Part shown: positions 1-8,010 of the stretch, piece by piece | Position numbering within the stretch: position 1 is the first letter of the stretch | How the letters are laid out: the number at the start of each line of letters is the position of its first letter | NCBI GenBank assembly: GCA_009780485.1 | Contig: WQZZ01000001.1 | Coordinates: 1 to 56,713, forward strand | Origin: Defluviitaleaceae bacterium | GTDB lineage: Bacteria; Bacillota; Clostridia; Lachnospirales; WRAX01 | DNA length: 56,713 nucleotides | Direction of reading: 5' to 3' | Notes under the pieces: model-generated | What the model saw: only the letters and a program-made list of their open reading frames with translations | Told to the model about the DNA's origin: nothing | The model's database searches: none | Made by a program: the position numbers and the translations under genes

Positions 1-19
1 CAAAAGCTCCCTAATTTAG

Positions 20-283
20 TCATACCAGTAGACTGAATACAATCATGGAACTTAGACCTGCAACAAATGCACCAATGGCGGCAGTAATAATGGAACTACG
101 CAACACTTTTCTGGTTATAGACTTTTCCTCGTCGCTCATAAGCACAATGCCTTTTTCTTTACGCATTTTGTCCATGGACTTGATGTCGCTTTTGATGGAA
201 AGGATGCTTTGTACAAAGCCCCACACAGCCAACACCGACATGCTAAATAGACCAGCTACGTTTTCCCGAAAAAATTCAGCCAT
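20..283 (-). CDS. small two-TM membrane protein, function unknown
   Basis: 87-aa ORF 10 nt downstream of the glyQS stop. GAGGA lies 7 nt before the ATG. Two hydrophobic segments flank a charged loop. Confidence 0.45.
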   Translation of the reverse strand: MAEFFRENVAGLFSMSVLAVWGFVQSILSIKSDIKSMDKMRKEKGIVLMSDEEKSITRKVLRSSIITAAIGAFVAGLSSMIVFSLLV

Positions 284-293
284 TTCCTTATCC

Positions 294-1691
294 TCACAGA
301 GTTATGCGTTGTGCTATATAATCCTTTAGGTCTGCGATTGGCACACGCTCCTGTTCCATGCTGTCACGGAAGCGAATGGTCACGGCATGGTCGGCAGGTT
401 TTTCCTCATCGCCAACGGTTTCAAAGTCGACAGTGATGCAGAAGGGCGTGCCAATTTCATCGAAACGGCGGTAGCGTTTACCAATGCTACCTGTGTCATC
501 ATAGTCGCAGGTGAAGTGTTTGGACAGGTCTGTGTAAATTTCGTTTGCTTTGTCCCCAAGTTTTTTGGATAGTGGCAAAACAGCAACTTTTACAGGAGCA
601 ATTGCAGGGTGAAAGCGGAGGACAGTGCGTACATCGCCTTCGGCAATTTCTTCTTCGTCATATGCCTCACAAAGCAAAGCAAGTGCTAAGCGGTCAGCCC
701 CAAGGGATGGCTCGATAACATATGGGATATATTTGTCGCCCTTTTCGGGTTCGCTGTATGTCATGTCTTGCCCGCTATGGTCTTGATGGGCTTTTAGGTC
801 AAAGTCTGTGCGGTTTGCAATGCCCCAAAGCTCTCCCCAACCGAATGGGAATAAAAATTCGATGTCGGTGGTGTTTTTGCTGTAATGGGAGAGTTGCTCT
901 TTACTGTGTTCTGCAAACTTCATGCTTTCTGGTTTCATACCAAGGTCTAGCAGGAATTTTTTGCAATATTCCAGCCAGAAGTCAAACCATTCATCATCCG
1001 TGCCTGGTTTGCAGAAAAATTCCAGCTCCATTTGCTCAAATTCACGGGTACGGAAGGTCAGCCCCTGTGGCGTAATCTCGTTTCTAAAGGCTTTGCCCAC
1101 CTGTGCAATACCAAATGGGATTTTTTTGCGGGTTGTCCTTGCCACATTTTTGAAGTTGACAAAAATACCCTGTGCAGTTTCTGGGCGAAGATAGACAACG
1201 CTGGTGCTGTCCGCTACAACCCCTGCATGGGTTTTGAACATTAGCTCAAATTCACGTATATCAGTGAAATTATGCGACCCACAAGACGGACAAGGCACTT
1301 TGAACTCGTCCACAAAGGCTTTTAGCTGTTCTTTTGTTTTGCCATCAGCTGTGCCTTCCATGCCTTTTTTCTCCATGTAATCGTCAATAATTTTGTCGGC
1401 ACGAAAACGCTCTTTACAATCCTTGCAGTCCATCAATGGGTCAGAAAAACCACCCACGTGTCCGCTGGCTTCCCAAACCTTGCTATTCATTAAAATAGAA
1501 GCGTCCAGACCCACGTTATAAGGGCTTTCCTGTACAAACTTTTTCCACCAAGCCTGTTTGATGTTATTCTTAAGTTCTACACCCAATGGACCATAATCCC
1601 AAGTGGACTGCAAGCCACCGTAAATTTCGCTGCCAGGGAACAGAAAACCCCTGCCTTTCGCTAGTGCTGCAATCTTTTCCATTGTTTTCAT
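294..1691 (-). CDS. glyQS: glycine--tRNA ligase (single-chain GlyQS type)
   Basis: ORF 294..1718. Start trimmed to the ATG at 1691 ([16 protein letters not shown]), which is preceded by AGGAGTGG. Length and class II synthetase motifs (FRNEITP, GADRL) fit GlyRS. Confidence 0.94.
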   Translation of the reverse strand: MKTMEKIAALAKGRGFLFPGSEIYGGLQSTWDYGPLGVELKNNIKQAWWKKFVQESPYNVGLDASILMNSKVWEASGHVGGFSDPLMDCKDCKERFRADKIIDDYMEKKGMEGTADGKTKEQLKAFVDEFKVPCPSCGSHNFTDIREFELMFKTHAGVVADSTSVVYLRPETAQGIFVNFKNVARTTRKKIPFGIAQVGKAFRNEITPQGLTFRTREFEQMELEFFCKPGTDDEWFDFWLEYCKKFLLDLGMKPESMKFAEHSKEQLSHYSKNTTDIEFLFPFGWGELWGIANRTDFDLKAHQDHSGQDMTYSEPEKGDKYIPYVIEPSLGADRLALALLCEAYDEEEIAEGDVRTVLRFHPAIAPVKVAVLPLSKKLGDKANEIYTDLSKHFTCDYDDTGSIGKRYRRFDEIGTPFCITVDFETVGDEEKPADHAVTIRFRDSMEQERVPIADLKDYIAQRITL

Positions 1692-1692
1692 T

Positions 1693-2337
1693 TTATCCAC
1701 TCCTAAATATTCTTCCAAATCTTGCTTTTGTCAAAGCCGTTACCAAGACAGCAACTAGGATTGTGTTAATGATAAGCTCCGCAAGTCCGTTGGTTGTGGC
1801 AACGCCGAATAGTGTAAAGCCAACCAACCCAAATGCGTCCGTTTGAAAGGACAGGGAAGGAGACATTAATGTACCGCCATCGCTGGCTAAGGGTGCGGCG
1901 TAAAACAAATATACGCTTCCAAGTACAAAAAACGTGTTGGCAATGGAGCCGATAGCCCCAGAAATCCCCGCCATTACGGTGATTTTTGCTCCCTTGGTAT
2001 CTTTTGCAATTTTAACCATGGCATTAAACACAACCCACACGGTAATAGCTACCAAAATACGGGGTATCATGGACACCAGCGGGTTCATAAAAAACGGTGC
2101 CATCATAGTTGGGATTATAAACGCCCTAATTAATGACGCAGCCCCCGCCACAATTGCCACAGCCACCCCTGGCCAAAAGCCCAGCATAATAGCCGCTACC
2201 ATTACAGGCAAAAATGCAATGGAAGCCGCCGCAGGCATCAAAGGTAATGCCAGCGTCCCCACGAAAGGAAAGCTCATTACCACAGCAATCCCGCTTAAAA
2301 TGGCGGTTGCTACCAGTTTTCTGGTTTTTTCGTTCAT
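1693..2337 (-). CDS. ECF-transporter S-component-like integral membrane protein (substrate unknown)
   Basis: 214 aa, about 6 hydrophobic helices, Gly/Ala-rich. Its stop lies 1 nt from the glyQS start, and the glyQS RBS sits inside its 3' end. TTGAAA-17-TATACT promoter about 35 nt upstream of its ATG. Confidence 0.5.
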   Translation of the reverse strand: MNEKTRKLVATAILSGIAVVMSFPFVGTLALPLMPAAASIAFLPVMVAAIMLGFWPGVAVAIVAGAASLIRAFIIPTMMAPFFMNPLVSMIPRILVAITVWVVFNAMVKIAKDTKGAKITVMAGISGAIGSIANTFFVLGSVYLFYAAPLASDGGTLMSPSLSFQTDAFGLVGFTLFGVATTNGLAELIINTILVAVLVTALTKARFGRIFRSG

Positions 2338-2442
2338 GTTGTAAAGCCCTCCTTAAATAATTTGTGAATTCCAGTATACACCATGGGTAGACTAATTTCA
2401 AGATAAATTTTGGTGTGTAGGGGGTGGCACACAAAAACTTAT

Positions 2443-2471
2443 TTGCATTTACCTAAAAAGCCTGTTATACT
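2443..2471 (+). promoter_or_regulatory. TTGCAT-17-TATACT promoter, diverged duplicate of the M16 peptidase promoter; no ORF downstream
   Basis: 2433..2490 aligns with 4050..4107, about 49 of 58 nt identical by hand. The AAGGAG RBS of the second copy is AAGAAG here. Confidence 0.5.
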
Positions 2472-2588
2472 AATCCCCAAGAAGTCGAGGAATTACAACC
2501 AACCTAACCCCACACCTCCGAAAAAGGCAAAGCGAAAGAGCCAAGAAGCAAGCAGATAGGCGAATTATTAGCAAGAATCAAACTAACT

Positions 2589-2631
2589 GAAAAATGGGCT
2601 TCCGCACTCGAAAACAAGATATTGGAAGCCC
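2589..2631 (-). terminator. intrinsic terminator of the radical SAM gene
   Basis: GGGCTTCC / GGAAGCCC stem (2596-2603 / 2624-2631), followed by ATTTTT on the minus strand. Confidence 0.7.
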
Positions 2632-2669
2632 ATTAACGTCGATTTAACCAACAAAATAAATCATTTGGT

Positions 2670-3545
2670 CTATAGCCGCCTCATTGCACTCAACCGCTCC
2701 ATTTCCGCAACATCAAAGCCATCTATTACTTTTTGCAACTTTTCAAGCATTTTAGGTTTGTCATCGGGGATTTGACCCGTTATGTCCAAGAGGTTTGAGC
2801 CATGAACGGAAACCAATTCTGTTGTGGTTTCAAGGCTCTCTACAAACAGTTTCAGTTCTTGTAACTTTTCTAGTTCGTCAGCTTCAACAAACTCTCCATT
2901 TTGCAATTCAGCAAAGAGTGGCGTTTCTGGAAAAACCATAAGGTTCATTGCCCAAATGACATCTGGCTTTACTTGATTGAAAAATCTAGCGGTTTCAAGT
3001 GCATTTCGCTCACCATTTCCTTTCCCAGCGGCACCAAGTATATAGGCAGTCATATATTTAATTCCTGCTTCGTCTAATTTCTTGAGCTGCTCCACCGCTT
3101 GTGCCGAGGTATAACCTTTGTTTTGGGTAATCAAAGTAGCATCGTCACCCGTTTCAAGACCGACATAAAGGTAGTTTATGCCCAAAGTGTTGAGGATTTT
3201 AAGTTCTTCAACAGATTTTGAAATAATGTTTTGTATGCGTGAGTACATTGTAATGGTCTGCATACCAGGAAAATACTGCCTAATTTTTATGGCTATACTT
3301 TTTAGCTTGTCAAAACTAAGCACGAAAGCATCCCCACCCAATAAAAACAGTCTGTTTGTGTACGGTTTATGGGATTGTATTTCCAATAAATCTTCTTCAA
3401 TTTCAGACATGGGTGAAATCTTGAACTTCGTGCCAAGAAACGTGTTGCAAAACTTACATTTACTATGCGAGCACCCTTTTGTTACTTGAAGTAAGATGGT
3501 GTTTGCTTCTGGGGGTGGTCTAAAAATTGGTCCATCGTAGTGCAT
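2670..3545 (-). CDS. radical SAM domain protein with CX4CX2C cluster motif
   Basis: ORF 2670..3731 trimmed to the ATG at 3545 (MHYDGPIF), with AAGGAG 8 nt upstream. Motif GCSHSKCKFC, then GGD and a TIM-barrel-like pattern. Confidence 0.75.
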   Translation of the reverse strand: MHYDGPIFRPPPEANTILLQVTKGCSHSKCKFCNTFLGTKFKISPMSEIEEDLLEIQSHKPYTNRLFLLGGDAFVLSFDKLKSIAIKIRQYFPGMQTITMYSRIQNIISKSVEELKILNTLGINYLYVGLETGDDATLITQNKGYTSAQAVEQLKKLDEAGIKYMTAYILGAAGKGNGERNALETARFFNQVKPDVIWAMNLMVFPETPLFAELQNGEFVEADELEKLQELKLFVESLETTTELVSVHGSNLLDITGQIPDDKPKMLEKLQKVIDGFDVAEMERLSAMRRL

Positions 3546-3637
3546 GGTAAAAACTCCTTTCGCCAAAAAATTGACTATTGATTTGTTGTATACAAGTATG
3601 CTATCATATACACATATATTAAACAAGTACGCAGTTT

Positions 3638-3656
3638 TATGATAGTTACTATCATA
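3638..3656. promoter_or_regulatory. perfect 19-bp palindrome TATGATAG-TTA-CTATCATA, candidate HxlR operator
   Basis: Lies in the divergent radical SAM / HxlR intergenic region. An extra half-site CTATCATA is at 3601..3608. Confidence 0.5.
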
Positions 3657-3685
3657 TGTGGTACTGTATAGATGGAGGCTATTTG

Positions 3686-4027
3686 ATGGAGCAAGACAAT
3701 GAAAAAACATACGAATATGATTCATGCCCATTGTATTTCATCCAAAAGGCTTTATGCGGTAAATGGAAATTGGTTTTATTATGGTCTTTGCAAGAAACGA
3801 AAAGATTTAACGAGCTACACAGGCTTTTTCCTAACATCACACAGGCAATGCTAACTAAGCAGCTAAGGGAGTTAGAAAATTCTGGTTTTATCCATCGTGA
3901 GGTGTACAAGGAAATTCCGCCAAAAGTGGAATACTCGCTAACTGATATGGGGATTGCATTTCTTCCGCTTCTCAAAGACATACGAGATTGGGGAGAGGCT
4001 AATTATGATTTGTTAAAAAATCACTAG
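3686..4027 (+). CDS. HxlR-family winged-helix transcriptional regulator
   Basis: Start trimmed to the ATG at 3686, after GGAGG. Signature CPL..AL..L.GKWK..ILW and EIPPKVEYSLT. Confidence 0.85.
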   Translation: MEQDNEKTYEYDSCPLYFIQKALCGKWKLVLLWSLQETKRFNELHRLFPNITQAMLTKQLRELENSGFIHREVYKEIPPKVEYSLTDMGIAFLPLLKDIRDWGEANYDLLKNH

Positions 4028-4059
4028 AATACTCTGAAAGGTGGAAAATAAAAACTTAT

Positions 4060-4088
4060 TTGCATTTGTTTGCAAAGCCTGTTATACT
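4060..4088 (+). promoter_or_regulatory. TTGCAT-17-TATACT promoter of the M16 peptidase gene
   Basis: Consensus-like hexamers. AAGGAG RBS at about 4096..4101, ATG at 4114. Confidence 0.6.
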
Positions 4089-4113
4089 AATCCCCAAGGA
4101 GTTGATTTATTAA

Positions 4114-6990
4114 ATGAATGGTTATAAACTGTTGTACAAAAGGGCGTTGCCCCATATGGATGGGGAAGGTTTTGTTTACGAACATAAATCTGGGGCGAAA
4201 GTTATGCACATTAAAAACGGGGATAACAACAAGGTGTTTTCTGTCACGTTTAGGACACCGCCAACAGATGATACGGGAATTGCCCATATTATGGAACACG
4301 CCGTGCTTAACGGCAGTCAGAAATACCCGCTAAAAGACCCTTTTATGCAACTTGCCAACGGCTCTTTGTACACCTTTTTGAACGCATTTACCTATCCAGA
4401 CAAGACCATGTATCCCGTGGCAAGCACCAATGACACGGATTTTATGAATTTGATGGATGTGTATTTGGATGCGGTGTTTTTTCCGATGATTTATGAACGC
4501 CCAACCACCCTTGCACAAGAGGGGTGGCATTATCAGCTTGAAGATGGGGAATTAAAATATAACGGGATTGTATATAACGAGATGAAAGGGGCGTTAAGCG
4601 ACCCTTATCGTTTGTTAAGCAATGTGGTGGGGCGGGAAATGCACCCAAAGTCCTGCCTTCGCCATGAAAGCGGTGGCAACCCCGAAGCTATACCAAACAT
4701 AACCAATGATGATTTTATAGACTTTCATAAAAAATATTATCGCCCAGAAAATGCTTTGATTTATTTTTATGGCGATATGGACATTGAAGTTTGCTTCCAA
4801 AAGATGGCAGACAGCTATTTGTCTAAGTTTGAACCCACTGGCGAGATTGTGGAGATTACCCCAGAACCACCTCTCGGCAAGACGATTTATACCACAGGGG
4901 AATACTCTGTCACCGAAGGGGATGACTTAAACGACAATTACATGATTGCAAGTTATCTGTTACCCCACAGCACCCCGCCAATTGATGTGGTGGCTTTGAA
5001 GGTGCTTAATTATATATTACTCGCCACCCCAGCATCCCCTCTGTATAAGGCAATGGCGGAAGCCGAGCTTGGCGAGGACATCTCTGGCTCTATGTCCAAA
5101 GACGTGATACACCCTTATTGGGGCATTACCCTAAAAAATGCCACACTTAGCTGTGAGGGGCTGGACAAGTTCCTTGAAAACTTCTTAACGGAGCTGTGCG
5201 ACAAAGGTTTGAGCAAAGATTTTGTAATGGCTTGTCTTAACTTTTTAGAGTTTCAAGCCAAAGAGGAAGATTTTGGGTCAAGCACACCAAAGGGGCTTGT
5301 TTACAATTTGCGAAGCATGGCAAGCTGGCTGTATGGAGATGACCCGTTTGAGCCGTTAATGGGTATTGACCACTTAGAAAAAGTTCGTAATGCCAGCCAA
5401 GATGGAGGCTTTTTCGAGGGGCTTATACGTAAATATTTACTGGATAACAAACACAAGGGCTTTGCACAACTTAACCCTGTACTTGGGCTGGACGAGAAAA
5501 AAGAGCAAGAAGAACAGGAAAAACTTGCGACTATAAACGCTGGTTTGACAGATGCTGACAGAGAGGACATTAAGGCTAAACAACAAGCCTTAAAGGAGTT
5601 CCAAGAAACCCCTGACACCGCAGAGGTGTTGGCACTTATCCCTCGCCTTGCTGTGGCTGACATTAAAACAAAAATCGAACGTACACCCCTGCAAATACGT
5701 GATGAGGGCGGGGCTAAGGTTCTGCATAGCCCACTGGAGACCAACGGCATAATCTATACCGCTATGTTGTTTGATATGAGGACTGTCCCTGCGGACTTAT
5801 TGCCTTATGTCAACATTTTGCAATATATGCTGTCCAAGGTTGCCACCAAAAACCACGACACAACCCATCTAACCCAAGAAATTAAAGGTTATTTAGGCGG
5901 TCTTGGTTTTTCTATGGACATTATAAGCAAACAAAACGGTGACTTTGTGCCAATGGCTGTTGTGTCTGCCAAGTTTTTAAGCCAAAACACCACCAAGATG
6001 TTTGACATTGTAGCGGAGATTTTGCAATATTCTGTTTTTAGTGACAAAAGTCAAGTTAAAACCTATCTACTGGAAATGCGTGCGGGCATGGAAGATTGGG
6101 TGCTTACATCTGGTTCCAGCCTTGCGGTCAGCCGTTCCATAACATATTTTGCACCAGCAGCCGCTTATCAAGATGCAGCAAATGGGCTTGGTTACTATGA
6201 AATTCTTAAAAATCTTTGCGACAACTTTGATGCAGAGTTCGAGAACCTGCAAGATAAATTACACTACACCGCATGGACAATTTACAACCGCAACCGTGTC
6301 CAGTACAGCTTGGTTTGTAATGAGGAGCTTTACGACCAATATGTAGCTGGGCTTGCAGGTTTTAACTCTATACTTGTTGGTGAGGATTTGCCAGATGCGG
6401 AACAGCCAGCCCTTGTAACTCCAAAAAACGAAGGGCTTGTCACCGCAAGCAAGGTGCAGTATTGTGCCTTGTCTGCCAATTTTGGTGCTGACGGATATGG
6501 TTATCATGGCGGATTGAAAGTTCTTGGTAATGTGCTGGACAATTATTTGTATGAGGAAATTCGGGTAAAAGGTGGCAGTTATGGATGTGGTTCTGGTTTT
6601 AACACAAGGGGCATTATGTTTATGTACAGCTACCGTGACCCAGAGCTGGAAGCCACCTATGAAATTTTCAAGAAGTCAGCGGAACATATACGCAATTTGG
6701 ATTTGAGCCAGAGAGAGATGGAAAAGTTTATTATCGGGACAATTAGGGCATTTGATAGACCCGCAACTAATGCCCATAAGGGGCTTACGGCGGCGGTTAA
6801 TTATCTGCAAGGTTGGACTGATGACGACAAACAAAAAGAACGTGACGAGATTTTAGCGACCGACCTAACAAAAATCAAGTCTTTTGCGGATTTGTTGGTT
6901 GATGCTGTGGCACAGGATAATATTTGTGCCGTGGGCAGTGCGACAGCGTTGGAGGGCAAGCCGATGTTTGGGAGTGTGTATAAGATTTAA
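4114..6990 (+). CDS. M16-family zinc metallopeptidase (large insulinase / PreP-like, M16C type)
   Basis: 958 aa with the inverted zinc motif HIMEHAVLNGS (HxxEH) near the N-terminus. The size fits four-domain single-chain pitrilysins. Confidence 0.88.
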   Translation: MNGYKLLYKRALPHMDGEGFVYEHKSGAKVMHIKNGDNNKVFSVTFRTPPTDDTGIAHIMEHAVLNGSQKYPLKDPFMQLANGSLYTFLNAFTYPDKTMYPVASTNDTDFMNLMDVYLDAVFFPMIYERPTTLAQEGWHYQLEDGELKYNGIVYNEMKGALSDPYRLLSNVVGREMHPKSCLRHESGGNPEAIPNITNDDFIDFHKKYYRPENALIYFYGDMDIEVCFQKMADSYLSKFEPTGEIVEITPEPPLGKTIYTTGEYSVTEGDDLNDNYMIASYLLPHSTPPIDVVALKVLNYILLATPASPLYKAMAEAELGEDISGSMSKDVIHPYWGITLKNATLSCEGLDKFLENFLTELCDKGLSKDFVMACLNFLEFQAKEEDFGSSTPKGLVYNLRSMASWLYGDDPFEPLMGIDHLEKVRNASQDGGFFEGLIRKYLLDNKHKGFAQLNPVLGLDEKKEQEEQEKLATINAGLTDADREDIKAKQQALKEFQETPDTAEVLALIPRLAVADIKTKIERTPLQIRDEGGAKVLHSPLETNGIIYTAMLFDMRTVPADLLPYVNILQYMLSKVATKNHDTTHLTQEIKGYLGGLGFSMDIISKQNGDFVPMAVVSAKFLSQNTTKMFDIVAEILQYSVFSDKSQVKTYLLEMRAGMEDWVLTSGSSLAVSRSITYFAPAAAYQDAANGLGYYEILKNLCDNFDAEFENLQDKLHYTAWTIYNRNRVQYSLVCNEELYDQYVAGLAGFNSILVGEDLPDAEQPALVTPKNEGLVTASKVQYCALSANFGADGYGYHGGLKVLGNVLDNYLYEEIRVKGGSYGCGSGFNTRGIMFMYSYRDPELEATYEIFKKSAEHIRNLDLSQREMEKFIIGTIRAFDRPATNAHKGLTAAVNYLQGWTDDDKQKERDEILATDLTKIKSFADLLVDAVAQDNICAVGSATALEGKPMFGSVYKI

Positions 6991-7024
6991 GGTTGTTATA
7001 TACAAGGCATGGCGGTGCTTTTTT

Positions 7025-7079
7025 GGGATTGGACGGTATCGTCTGCATAAATGGGACGAGCAATGCTCGCCCCTACCAG
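7025..7079. repeat. REP-like palindromic element (core GGGACGAGCAATGCTCGCCCCTACC plus GGTATCGTCTGCATAA flank)
   Basis: Core at 7053..7077. Same about 55-nt unit as 15051..15108. Confidence 0.85.
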
Positions 7080-7152
7080 TTCGGATTGATGTGTTATATG
7101 TATTTACCGAAATTAGTATAAAAAAGGGCGACCTATTGTCGCCCTTTTATTG

Positions 7153-7335
7153 TTAACGCCCGCAACTTGGGCATGGTTCTCCAATTCTTTCGATTATAAG
7201 CCTGTCACCTTCAACATACACGTTTACTTTCGTGCCTTTTTCTAGGCATAGAAGGTCTCTGGCTTCTGATGGTATTACAATTCTGTTTAATTCATCGAGA
7301 ATTCTTTCTTTTAGAAATTTCTTTTTGTTTTCCAT
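7153..7335 (-). CDS. AbrB/SpoVT-type swapped-hairpin domain protein, 60 aa, C-terminal CPSC
   Basis: LDELNRIVIPSEARDLL matches the AbrB-family VDELGRVVIP.E.R motif. The second ATG (7335) was chosen for better spacing from AAAGGAG. Confidence 0.7.
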   Translation of the reverse strand: MENKKKFLKERILDELNRIVIPSEARDLLCLEKGTKVNVYVEGDRLIIERIGEPCPSCGR

Positions 7336-7552
7336 GGGCATCGCTCCTTTCTTATACCCTTTTTGTCAATAAGTGCTTGACAAGAAGACCTAAGATAGGG
7401 TACAATGTCCCTTAGGTCCTGTTTGGGGTCTGACGTGGTGCTTGCCTGGTTTCATTTGCGATGGATTAGGCAAGCACCGATTTACAGTACCCCGTTGGAA
7501 GAAATATATTAGAACTGTTTCCAGTATACGACAAAATTCTGTGGATGTCAAG
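7336..7552 (-). promoter_or_regulatory. long structured 5' leader of the AbrB-like gene (module copy A) with its promoter TTGACA-17-TATACT
   Basis: Minus-strand -35 is the reverse complement of 7546..7551; -10 is the reverse complement of 7523..7528. Nested hairpin: 7425-7432/7485-7493 and 7437-7447/7468-7478. Second hairpin: 7387-7394/7411-7418. Conserved box TTGTCAAGCA. Confidence 0.55.
7377..7406 (+). promoter_or_regulatory. antisense promoter TTGACA-18-TACAAT embedded in leader copy A
   Basis: The -10 lies in the loop of the GACCTAAG/CTTAGGTC hairpin. Geometry is the same in copies B and D. Confidence 0.55.
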
Positions 7553-7570
7553 AGTTTTTTGCAAAAAAAT

Positions 7571-7600
7571 ATAGGGTGGGGGCTTTTGCCCTCACCCTAT
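7571..7600 (+). terminator. GC-rich hairpin ATAGGGTGGGGGC-TTTT-GCCCTCACCCTAT
   Basis: Inverted repeat seen directly. Likely ends the plus-strand antisense RNA of module A. The U-tract is weak. Confidence 0.45.
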
Positions 7601-7610
7601 AATTGTTTAG

Positions 7611-7639
7611 TTGACAATTGGCGAATTTTGGTGTATAAT
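7611..7639 (+). promoter_or_regulatory. consensus promoter TTGACA-17-TATAAT for the small-peptide transcript
   Basis: Perfect hexamers at 7611..7616 and 7634..7639. Confidence 0.65.
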
Positions 7640-7695
7640 CACAATTGCGTACTTGGAGGCAGGCTTTGACGCCCTTTTGGAAAGGGGGTTAGCCT

Positions 7696-7809
7696 ATGTG
7701 GATTTGTGAAGTATTCAATCTGATATTTCTTGGCATTGTGGCATTTGTCACACTTGCCGATTACATAGACAGAAAGAAGAAAAGCAAACGCCGCCCTCCC
7801 GACAAGTGA
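7696..7809 (+). CDS. 37-aa hydrophobic peptide with basic tail (type I toxin-like candidate)
   Basis: MWICEVFNLIFLGIVAFVTLADYIDRKKKSKRRPPDK. AAAGGGGG RBS 7 nt upstream, own consensus promoter, and a terminator overlapping the 3' end. Confidence 0.45.
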   Translation: MWICEVFNLIFLGIVAFVTLADYIDRKKKSKRRPPDK

Positions 7810-7905
7810 TAGCGGCGTTTTGATTAAAGTTTTATCTTAATACCCGCAAAGCCTGCCGACTGTGCGTACTGAAGGGATGTTGTGGAAGATATCCCTTCTT
7901 TTATT
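7780..7905 (-). ncRNA. candidate about 125-nt antisense RNA convergent with the small-peptide ORF
   Basis: Starts after the minus-strand TTGACA-17-TATAAT promoter and ends at the 7786..7821 hairpin. Overlaps the last roughly 25-30 nt of the ORF. Contains the hairpin GAAGGGAT/ATCCCTTC. Confidence 0.45.
7786..7821. terminator. bidirectional hairpin AACGCCGC / GCGGCGTT
   Basis: 8-bp GC-rich stem. TTTTGATT follows on the plus strand and TGCTTTTCTTC on the minus strand. Confidence 0.6.
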
Positions 7906-7911
7906 GTTACC

Positions 7912-7940
7912 ATTATATCATCTTTCACCTACTTTGTCAA
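7912..7940 (-). promoter_or_regulatory. consensus promoter TTGACA-17-TATAAT on the minus strand
   Basis: Reverse complement of 7905..7945 reads gTTGACAaagtaggtgaaagatgaTATAATggtaac. Confidence 0.65.
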
Positions 7941-7955
7941 CACAAAAGTTGACTA

Positions 7956-7984
7956 TTGACGAAATTATGTATAGGGGATATAAT
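7956..7984 (+). promoter_or_regulatory. TTGACG-17-TATAAT promoter of pdp
   Basis: Hexamers at 7956..7961 and 7979..7984. RBS GAGGATGCAGGTGA precedes the ATG at 8011. Confidence 0.55.
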
Positions 7985-8010
7985 TAAGGCAAGAGGATGC
8001 AGGTGATGAT

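Noticed and set aside
2593-2634. A 13-codon ORF (MGFRTRKQDIGSPL) and hairpin, considered as a possible small gene or as the plus-strand sRNA terminator.
   Set aside because: The hairpin is followed by a U-run only on the minus strand, so it is the terminator of the radical SAM gene. The mini-ORF has no RBS.
1692-2660. I expected a T-box or glycine riboswitch upstream of glyQS.
   Set aside because: glyQS is translationally coupled behind the ECF-S-like gene, whose promoter (TTGAAA-17-TATACT) leaves only a leader of about 35 nt. I could not find a T-box sequence (GGTGGTACCGCG-like) or glycine-aptamer consensus on the minus strand between 2338 and 2590.
7442-7669. A 75-aa plus-strand ORF across module A and the toxin-like promoter.
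   Set aside because: It starts at a non-ATG codon inside the hairpin, crosses a terminator and a promoter, and has no RBS.
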